Positions 57,672 to 64,000 of a stretch of DNA of 64,000 nucleotides are shown in pieces (position 1 is the first letter of the stretch; each line of letters opens with the position of its first letter). Under the pieces are notes generated by a model. The model ran no database searches. It saw only the letters and a program-made list of their open reading frames with translations, and was not told the DNA's origin. A program made the translations under genes and the position numbers. The stretch is taken from contig JBFIFS010000001.1 in the NCBI GenBank assembly GCA_041602695.1, forward strand, positions 13,097 to 77,096, written 5' to 3'. This DNA is from Kiritimatiellia bacterium (GTDB taxonomy: Bacteria; Verrucomicrobiota; Kiritimatiellia; UBA8416; JBFIFS01).

Positions 57672-57687
57672 TGCAGATACCGTGCCA
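57672..57687 (-). promoter_or_regulatory. Sigma-54 (-24/-12) promoter upstream of glnN
   Basis: The minus strand reads TGGCACGGTATCTGCA against the consensus TGGCACG-N4-TTGCW. GG and GC are at exactly consensus spacing, with one mismatch (C for T in the -12 box). Lies about 100 nt upstream of the glnN ATG. Confidence 0.6.
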
Positions 57688-57767
57688 ACCAATACCCAAA
57701 ACACATTAGCGCCTCTCGCACAACGCTTTATGCAGATGAGCGCAAATTGACGAAACAGGACGTACAC

Positions 57768-57821
57768 ATACAAAAATGTATCTAACACCAGTCATGTGTA
57801 TACATATTTGTAGTATACACA
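57768..57821. promoter_or_regulatory. Two palindromes sharing TGTAT/ATACA half-sites (candidate enhancer/UAS)
   Basis: ATACA-N4-TGTAT at 57768-57781. TGTGTATAC-N9-GTATACACA (perfect 9-bp arms) at 57795-57821. Both lie roughly 80-135 bp upstream of the sigma-54 promoter. Confidence 0.35.
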
Positions 57822-57845
57822 AACTTGGCGGAGCGAAAGGACCGC

Positions 57846-58904
57846 CTACCTACGGTGCGGCCGGCGCCGTTTGTCGGGACGCTGCCACTGGTCTCCCTGC
57901 CCCAGCTGGCCACCATGCGGCTGATTGCCTCCATTGCCGCCCATCGAAATATACCATTCCCCATCAACTGGTACCCATGTCATCTTTGGGAGGCTGTGTC
58001 CCTTGACTCCTGTCCAGACCTCGGGAACGAGAGATGCTTCATCTCCGCTGTCAGCTACATCTATGTCCTTGCTGCGCAGCTTTGCCCTCGGGTTGTCTGC
58101 AGTGGTCCTCGCCACCATGCCGTATTTCATCTTGAGAACGCTCTTCGCAACGTGCTCCCCTGTCTTCTGCACATAGTCCGGCTCAACAAATTCCAGCGCG
58201 TTGTCCCAGTCCTGGTCCTCGACGTCATCGACAAAATCGTTGAATCTGCGTTTTACTGCGCCTTCTATCCTGCTCTTCTCCGTCACGCTAAGGGCGGTTG
58301 CAGCCTTCACTTCTTCGACAACAGGAACATCCTCGACTATTGGCGTTTCGGGCTCAGCCGGCTTCGGGGCCGCTTTTGTCGCTTTTGCCACGACCGCCTG
58401 CGCCGCCACCAGCTCCGGACGCTCGGCCAGGCCCTCCCTCTCTGCCTTGACTGCCAGGGCGCCCTGGATGTCATTCTTTTTGGTAAGATCCTGCTCAAGA
58501 TTCTTCAGCGACCGCTCATAGAAGCCTGCCAGAGTCAACTTCTTCTGCGCGGGCCCGAGCGGGGCGTTCTTCGTTGCCGCGATAAACATGTTCTGCAGAT
58601 TGGATATCTCCCGCACATCGAGGCTTATGTGCTCTGCCGAGACGATACGCTCACGCGAAAAGCGCTCTTTCTCCTCCTGCGTCTTCAGCAGCGGATCCAG
58701 CTTGCCCGCGGCCTGAAACTGCTTCTCCAAAGCTGAGAGGGCCGCAATGTATTGGTCCTGTGCCGTGGCCATTGCAACCATCTCCTCATCCGAAATCTTT
58801 GCAAGCTGATCGCGGTAAGTGTTTCTCAATGTTTCAAGCCCCTCCGGCACGGCCAGGGAGCTCATGGCGAAAACAAACGTAAGAGCCAGTATTAATAATT
58901 TCAT
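57846..58904 (-). CDS. Hypothetical secreted protein
   Basis: Signal peptide MKLLILALTFVFAMSSLA/VP, a coiled-coil-like N-terminal half, an A/P/E/V linker, and a C-terminal domain with a Gly/Gln/Arg-rich tail. No family recognised. Confidence 0.5.
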   Translation of the reverse strand: MKLLILALTFVFAMSSLAVPEGLETLRNTYRDQLAKISDEEMVAMATAQDQYIAALSALEKQFQAAGKLDPLLKTQEEKERFSRERIVSAEHISLDVREISNLQNMFIAATKNAPLGPAQKKLTLAGFYERSLKNLEQDLTKKNDIQGALAVKAEREGLAERPELVAAQAVVAKATKAAPKPAEPETPIVEDVPVVEEVKAATALSVTEKSRIEGAVKRRFNDFVDDVEDQDWDNALEFVEPDYVQKTGEHVAKSVLKMKYGMVARTTADNPRAKLRSKDIDVADSGDEASLVPEVWTGVKGHSLPKMTWVPVDGEWYISMGGNGGNQPHGGQLGQGDQWQRPDKRRRPHRR

Positions 58905-58910
58905 GTATTG

Positions 58911-58940
58911 ATTCTACCTTACCTCAGAGTTCATATGCAA
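58911..58940 (-). promoter_or_regulatory. Sigma-70-type promoter (TTGCAT-18-TAGAAT) predicted to give a leaderless mRNA
   Basis: On the minus strand, the -35 is at 58940-58935 and the -10 TAGAAT at 58916-58911. The ATG at 58904 lies 6 nt after the -10; no Shine-Dalgarno. Confidence 0.4.
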
Positions 58941-59001
58941 GTTTCCTAAATAACAAACGTAATAGACCGGTATTTATTGCTTCACACTCAAGCCATGAAG
59001 C

Positions 59002-59970
59002 TCAGATGGCGGTACGTAGATCCGGATTCCCCCGTATATCATCCATCAGCAGCTCGTACAATTGACTGCCAACCGGCCCAGGCCGCCCGTTTCCGACCTG
59101 TTTCCCGTCGAAAGAGCGTACCGACGTTACGTCCGGTGTAGTTCCGACAATCAGAATTTCCTGGGCGGCCAGGACCTCCTCTTTCGGAATGGGCCGCATA
59201 TCGACCCGCTGGAGGCCAATCTCACGCATGTTGTCCTTCGCAAGCTCTATCACGCGCATCATCGTCGTTCCGCAAAGGATCCCGTCCAGGTTGGGAAAGA
59301 CGAGGCAGGACCCAGGTGTAACAATTCCCACGTTCTCAGTTGCACCTTCGGTCAGCATGCCTTCCGAGTCAAATCCGGCCACAAAATCAAGTCCCATGTC
59401 GACGGCCTCTTTTTTCATGAGCACGTTCGGCAGGTAGTTGCAGTTTTTTACACGGGCAAAAAAGGACAGCTTGGCGGCCACCTTACTGGTTCCCAGGCTC
59501 GCGCCCTCCGGATGCAGGTCCATGAACCCCCTCTTGAGCTCCGACACGGTCACGTACAGTTGGGGCCCAACACAGTCATACGGGTTCACCCCGAAGCTCC
59601 CCGGCCCTCTCGAGAGCATGAGTCGAACGGAGCGGTCCGCCTTTCCTGAGGCCCGGACTGTATCCAGCGTAATATCGCCTATTTCGGAAAGGCTCCACGG
59701 CATGTCAAAGTCAAGAAGCCTGGCCGACCTCTCGAACCTGTCCAAATGTGCGCCCATATTGTAAACAGCCCCGCCCACACACTTGAATGTTTCGAACACT
59801 CCGTCACCCCTGTGCACGAGATGATCATCAATGGGAACCTGCATGAGCAGCGGGTCGGTTATGATTCCGCGAAGAAGGCTCGAGAACATGGCGTAGTACC
59901 CATTATGATGTGCAGCCCTGCTGCCTTCGAGAGCCTCATAATACTCCGCCTTGTCTAAGATTCGCGTCAT
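59002..59970 (-). CDS. Class IV (fold type IV) PLP aminotransferase family protein
   Basis: HRGDGVFET and VKNCNYLPNVLMKKEAVDMGLDFVAGFDSEGMLTEGATENV, matching the branched-chain/D-amino-acid aminotransferase pattern. Substrate cannot be called. Confidence 0.75.
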   Translation of the reverse strand: MTRILDKAEYYEALEGSRAAHHNGYYAMFSSLLRGIITDPLLMQVPIDDHLVHRGDGVFETFKCVGGAVYNMGAHLDRFERSARLLDFDMPWSLSEIGDITLDTVRASGKADRSVRLMLSRGPGSFGVNPYDCVGPQLYVTVSELKRGFMDLHPEGASLGTSKVAAKLSFFARVKNCNYLPNVLMKKEAVDMGLDFVAGFDSEGMLTEGATENVGIVTPGSCLVFPNLDGILCGTTMMRVIELAKDNMREIGLQRVDMRPIPKEEVLAAQEILIVGTTPDVTSVRSFDGKQVGNGRPGPVGSQLYELLMDDIRGNPDLRTAI

Positions 59971-60009
59971 GTTCGGGTCTCACTTGTGTTCTGGTTGCTA
60001 AAGATTTCT

Positions 60010-60891
60010 CTAGCTCTGCCTTTTGTTCAAGATAAAATCGGTCTGTTCGTCGGAATGGTATGAGCTCCTGACCAGTGGACCGGCGACAACTACGTCAAAG
60101 CCCGCACCTTCGGCTTCGGCCTTCATCTCCAAAAACTCCTCCGGCTCAACATAGCGCTCGACCGCGCAATGATCCGATGACGGCCTCAAATACTGGCCGA
60201 TGAAGAATATCGAGCAGCCGGCTTCTCGCGCATCGCGCATGACGGATGTTAGTTCAGGCCTTGTCTCTCCCAGTCCAACCATGATGCTTGTCTTCGTGGT
60301 GAGCCTGGCCTGTGACGCGCGGCGAAGCAGGTCAAGCGAGGCCTCATAGGACGCCTCAGGCCGGACCTTTTCATAGAGTGAAGGTACCGTTTCCAAGTTG
60401 TGACCAAAAACATCGGGGCGTGCAGCAAGGAGACGGTCGACAGCATCCCGGCAGCCGGCGAAATCAGGAACCAGTACTTCGACAATTGCTGCAGGCAGCG
60501 ATCTCCTTACCTGCTGTATGGTCTGGGTCCAGATTTGAGCACCGCCATCCGCGAGGTCGTCGCGCGTGACAGATGTTATGACGACTTCCTTAAGGTTGGC
60601 TTCTGCCACGGCCTTCGCAACACGCTCCGGCTCATCTTCGTCAACAGTGCCAGTCCCCTTTACTGCTGTGACGTTACAGAACTTGCAGCCGCGAGTGCAT
60701 TCGCCCCCAAGAATCATTACTGTGGCGTGCCCCTTGCACCAGCATTCTCCCAGATTAGGGCACAAGGCTTCTTCGCATACAGTGTGAAGCTTGTTCTGAG
60801 CGATCACTTCCTGTATGCGCTTGAATTCAGGGCCCTGCCCTACCCTGACCCTAAGCCAGTCCGGCTTTCTCAATATACGCTCTGTCGACAT
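60010..60891 (-). CDS. lipA: Lipoyl synthase
   Basis: Auxiliary cluster CEEALCPNLGEC and radical-SAM CTRGCKFC. Confidence 0.9.
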   Translation of the reverse strand: MSTERILRKPDWLRVRVGQGPEFKRIQEVIAQNKLHTVCEEALCPNLGECWCKGHATVMILGGECTRGCKFCNVTAVKGTGTVDEDEPERVAKAVAEANLKEVVITSVTRDDLADGGAQIWTQTIQQVRRSLPAAIVEVLVPDFAGCRDAVDRLLAARPDVFGHNLETVPSLYEKVRPEASYEASLDLLRRASQARLTTKTSIMVGLGETRPELTSVMRDAREAGCSIFFIGQYLRPSSDHCAVERYVEPEEFLEMKAEAEGAGFDVVVAGPLVRSSYHSDEQTDFILNKRQS

Positions 60892-61537
60892 ATCGCCCTT
60901 CAGTGTAACCCATGGTTCTCAAAAAGATATCGGCGAGTTTGGCTTTTACGTCAGCCATGCTTACATCACAGCCTTCGCGCAGCAGCGACGTCACGCCCGC
61001 GTCCGCTATCCCGCACGGAACGATCCTGTCATACATGCTGAGGTCTGTTCTCACGTTCAGCGCCAATCCGTGAATGGAAATCTGTCTCCTGATACGCAGG
61101 CCGATCGCAGCAATTTTGCTGTTTCCCATCCAGACCCCCCTGTTACGGGGGTCCCGTGCGCCGCTTAGTCCGTATGAGCCCAGGAGAAGAATCACGGTTT
61201 CTTCCAGCGCCGAAACATAGTCTGTCACTCCCATGCCAGCCTCTTTAAGCGAGATAACAGGATAGACCACGAGCTGGCCTGGTCCGTGATAAGTGACATC
61301 GCCGCCCCTGCCGGTCCTCTCAACGGCCACTCCATCGGCACGGAGTTCCTCCGCAGGAGACAGTACATTGCCGTCGTCAGCCGAACGACCCAGAGTCAGG
61401 ACGTGATCGTGCTCGAGGAGGAGAAGGGTGTCAGGCTCCGAACCCTCCAGCCTCTTTTCAAAAAGGCGCTCCTGAACATTCTGCGCCTCACAGTAAGCAA
61501 TTGTCCCCATATCACAAATGTTGAGAATCCGTGTCAT
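60851..61537 (-). CDS. lipB: Octanoyltransferase
   Basis: LLLEHDHVLTLGR, RGGDVTYHGPGQLV, catalytic Cys in IVPCGI. The ATG at 61537 is preferred over the upstream TTG at 61573. Confidence 0.85.
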   Translation of the reverse strand: MTRILNICDMGTIAYCEAQNVQERLFEKRLEGSEPDTLLLLEHDHVLTLGRSADDGNVLSPAEELRADGVAVERTGRGGDVTYHGPGQLVVYPVISLKEAGMGVTDYVSALEETVILLLGSYGLSGARDPRNRGVWMGNSKIAAIGLRIRRQISIHGLALNVRTDLSMYDRIVPCGIADAGVTSLLREGCDVSMADVKAKLADIFLRTMGYTEGRYVDRAYIEKAGLA

Positions 61538-61686
61538 GTGTTCGTCTTTATCAGGGAAGCCCTTCGCTGGCAATCACAACCGCACGTGGGCGGATCCCCA
61601 CGCTTGCTGAAACACTATTCGCACGATGCGGATATGCTTTTCTTTTTGCGGCGCCTTACGCATACTCCTTGGGATGGAGGAACGTT

Positions 61687-61905
61687 ATGACCGAAACTTC
61701 TGGGCTTACTACACCCGACAAGATACTTGAGCTAGCGTACGAGAAAGAAAAACAGGCGCATGACTTCTACGAGCAGCTTGCTGCGAAATGCCATGTTGAC
61801 TACGTTCGCGAACTCCTGGAGACGCTTCAGAGCGAGGAGTCGAAACACATGCACGTCATTGAGGAAATGAAACGGCGCCTTGACGCCGGCAAAGAAATGA
61901 CATGA
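61687..61905 (+). CDS. Small ferritin-like/rubrerythrin-type helical protein (tentative)
   Basis: 72 aa. EKEKQAHDFYEQLA and SEESKHMHVIEE resemble one ExxH-containing helix pair of a rubrerythrin diiron domain. GGAGG lies 6 nt upstream of the ATG. Confidence 0.4.
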   Translation: MTETSGLTTPDKILELAYEKEKQAHDFYEQLAAKCHVDYVRELLETLQSEESKHMHVIEEMKRRLDAGKEMT

Positions 61906-61912
61906 GGCGCAC

Positions 61913-62245
61913 ATGCCGATTTCGGACGAATTTCTCCAATATGTAATGGATCAATACGAAGGCTGGGGCGGAGTAAGCGCGCGAAAGATGTTCGGCGGGG
62001 CCGGACTCTACCGCGATGGCAGGATGTTCGCCCTGGTTGCTGACGACGTTCTCTACCTCAAGGTCGATGCATCGAACCGGGCCGACTACAGTGCGGCAGG
62101 ATGCAAGCAGTTCCGCCCCTTTCCAGGCAAGAATACGACGATGCCCTATTGCGAATCGCCACCCGAGCTGCTCGAGGATCCTCAGGAGTTGGCAGCCTGG
62201 TCGGCAAAGTCGCTCGCGGCAGCTGCGAAAGGGAAAAAGAAATGA
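61913..62245 (+). CDS. TfoX N-terminal-domain protein
   Basis: KMFGGAGLYRDGRMFALVADDVLYLKVD is the TfoX_N signature. Confidence 0.75.
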   Translation: MPISDEFLQYVMDQYEGWGGVSARKMFGGAGLYRDGRMFALVADDVLYLKVDASNRADYSAAGCKQFRPFPGKNTTMPYCESPPELLEDPQELAAWSAKSLAAAAKGKKK

Positions 62246-62775
62246 TTATTCGCGAGGCGGACAAAGGTGAGCTTCATGTGATTCTTGACATAGTGAGCTC
62301 AGCCTTTCAGCGCAAAGATGAAGTCGAACTTACGGAGGCGCTGCTATCGGACCCTACCGCCGAGCCTCGTCTTTCTCTCCTTGCGTTCGACGGGCAAAGT
62401 GCCGTCGGTCACGCGCTCTTCTCAAGCGTTAATATATCGCCGGAGGCACCCATGAAATCAGCCCTTCTCGCCCCTCTGTCTGTCCGGCCCGAACACCAGC
62501 GCAGAGGGATTGGGAAAGCGCTCGTTCGCTACGGCCTGCAAGAGCTTGCCGACGCAGAAACCGATGCAGTCTTTGTCCTCGGCCACCCGGCTTACTACCC
62601 CACTCTGGGATTCCAGCCCGCCGGGCCGCTTGGCTACGATATGCCCTTCCCCTTGCCCAAAGGTCCACCAGACGCATGGATGATGCGCCCAATCCGGCCG
62701 AATATCCCGGATGGTATAGCCGGCACGATAGTCCCGCCGAATGCTCTTAACAGACTCGAATACTGGCGCGAGTAA
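62242..62775 (+). CDS. GNAT-family N-acetyltransferase
   Basis: Acetyl-CoA loop VRPEHQRRGIGKALV. ATGA overlap with the TfoX-like gene. The track ORF start at 62101 lies inside the upstream gene. Confidence 0.75.
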   Translation: MIIREADKGELHVILDIVSSAFQRKDEVELTEALLSDPTAEPRLSLLAFDGQSAVGHALFSSVNISPEAPMKSALLAPLSVRPEHQRRGIGKALVRYGLQELADAETDAVFVLGHPAYYPTLGFQPAGPLGYDMPFPLPKGPPDAWMMRPIRPNIPDGIAGTIVPPNALNRLEYWRE

Positions 62776-62872
62776 AATAACAGGGCCATCCCCGAAGCCC
62801 CATCTCCGGGAACGGCCCCATCCGCCCTTTCGCTGCCATCTGCCCTTCCAGCGAATTGCCCTGAAACCAGAA

Positions 62873-63088
62873 TCAGAAAACCAGCCTGGCCGCTTCAATG
62901 AGCTGCGCGTGATAACAGTAGACCACGAAACCGATGGTCACCAGCAGGGCGTACTCAAGGATTGCGCGAATATTGCGCAACCTTTTCTCGCACCTCGGCT
63001 CCCTCTTGTCCCAAGCTGCCCTTTCATTCATGATCTGTGTTAGTACTGACATCTCCCTGTCCTCCCTTGAGTCTAGTTTATTTCCCAC
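62873..63088 (-). CDS. Hypothetical small tail-anchored membrane protein (doubtful)
   Basis: 71-aa ORF with a charged N-terminal part and one C-terminal hydrophobic helix (AILEYALLVTIGFVVYCY). No recognised motif or clear ribosome-binding site. Confidence 0.2.
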   Translation of the reverse strand: MGNKLDSREDREMSVLTQIMNERAAWDKREPRCEKRLRNIRAILEYALLVTIGFVVYCYHAQLIEAARLVF

Positions 63089-63370
63089 TTAGTAAGAAAG
63101 CAACTGACGTGCCAAGTCGTTGTTTCTTTGATTTTAAGCCCCCGGAAGGCAGCAGTCTATCAGTAATGAGAAAAATGACCATGTGCAGAGAGGAGGCTCA
63201 AATTTTCACGCATGACAACGGACCTGCTTGGCCGCATTGCCCAAAGAATTTGCATCCCATGAGTAAAAATGAGAGTATCCAGGATGCCGCAAGTGTCATT
63301 CTGAGCAAATTAGCAACGGAAATGACATATAAATTGGTAAACTAGCGAGTTTCAGGAACAGGAGGTCCTC

Positions 63371-63952
63371 ATGCCGTTCACATTGACGCTTGGAAGCAGT
63401 GCTCCCGATTTTTCCCTCAAGGCCACAGATGGCAATACTTACAGGCTGTCGGATTTTGATTCGGCTGAGACTCTGGTGATTTTCTTTACCTGTAACCATT
63501 GCCCATATGTCATCGGCTCCGATGAGCTGACGCGGCAGACAGCCGTCAAGTTCCAAGAAAGTGGTGTCAAGTTCGTGGGTATCAACTCTAACAGCGCGAA
63601 CACCTACGCGGAGGATGATTTCGAGCATATGGTCCACCGAATGGAAGAGGAGATGTTCCCATGGGTCTATCTGCATGACGTGACGCAGGATACGGCGAGG
63701 GCCTATGGGGCACTCCGTACACCCCACTTTTTTGTTTTCAACAGCGAGCGGCGACTCATCTATACGGGGCGAGGAGTGGACAGCCCGAGGGATGCATCAA
63801 GGGTAACAGTGAACGACCTGGAAAATGCTCTCACTGAACATATCTCAGGAGTTCCGATTTCAGTGCCGCTTACAAACCCGATCGGATGCAATGTGAAATG
63901 GGAAGGCAAAGACGCTCACTGGATGCCTGGCGACGCGTGCGACCTGGTGTAA
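63371..63952 (+). CDS. Thioredoxin-fold thiol-disulfide oxidoreductase (AhpC/TSA-like)
   Basis: [19 protein letters not shown]..., redox motif [19 protein letters not shown] upstream of the ATG. Confidence 0.8.
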   Translation: MPFTLTLGSSAPDFSLKATDGNTYRLSDFDSAETLVIFFTCNHCPYVIGSDELTRQTAVKFQESGVKFVGINSNSANTYAEDDFEHMVHRMEEEMFPWVYLHDVTQDTARAYGALRTPHFFVFNSERRLIYTGRGVDSPRDASRVTVNDLENALTEHISGVPISVPLTNPIGCNVKWEGKDAHWMPGDACDLV

Positions 63953-64000
63953 TCATTTATTTGCGGCGCGACGACTCTCTGTCCCTATCGCCATGGCTGA

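Noticed and set aside
1-64000. Search for a mobile element, prophage, defence island, CRISPR array, tRNA or rRNA
   Set aside because: None was found. There are no integrase, transposase or Cas-like ORFs. There are no repeat-spacer arrays, and no long terminal inverted or direct repeats noticed by eye. No tRNA-like T-arm sequences appear in the intergenic regions. Gene content is overwhelmingly housekeeping.

Overview
Gene-dense chromosomal segment with about 55 protein-coding genes. I recognised no rRNA, tRNA, CRISPR array, transposase or integrase. The host is a diderm bacterium that uses sigma-54; the phylum cannot be assigned from this window alone. Most genes are core functions: rnr(partial)-ykgJ-thrC, rpoD, rplU-rpmA-obg, efp-epmA, argJ-argB-argD-argG-thiD, a phosphohexomutase, an NtrB/NtrC-type two-component pair, HU, lipB-lipA. 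A 16-kb same-strand block, glnN-gltB-gltD-purF-pyrG-carB-carA, consists entirely of enzymes that make or spend the glutamine amide group, and it is headed by a near-consensus sigma-54 promoter. The best candidate for an undescribed system is a tightly packed four-gene minus-strand cassette at 10390-17319. It encodes (1) an ankyrin/TPR/beta-barrel outer-membrane protein, (2) a secreted FecR-domain protein with a polyproline spacer and a small C-terminal beta-barrel-like domain, (3) a CHASE2 class III adenylate cyclase, and (4) a translationally coupled sigma-54-activator homologue that has lost its phospho-acceptor Asp, GAFTGA loop, Walker B and DNA-binding domain. A second oddity is an MlaE/MlaF/MlaD-like operon whose ABC ATPase has lost every catalytic motif. 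Smaller observations: an RpoD with a histone-H1-like, AT-hook-bearing N-terminal tail; a membrane-anchored RRM RNA-binding protein; an orphan GspL/GspM-like pair; and several probable leaderless promoters. All calls come from reading the supplied translations and the DNA by eye. No database search was run.
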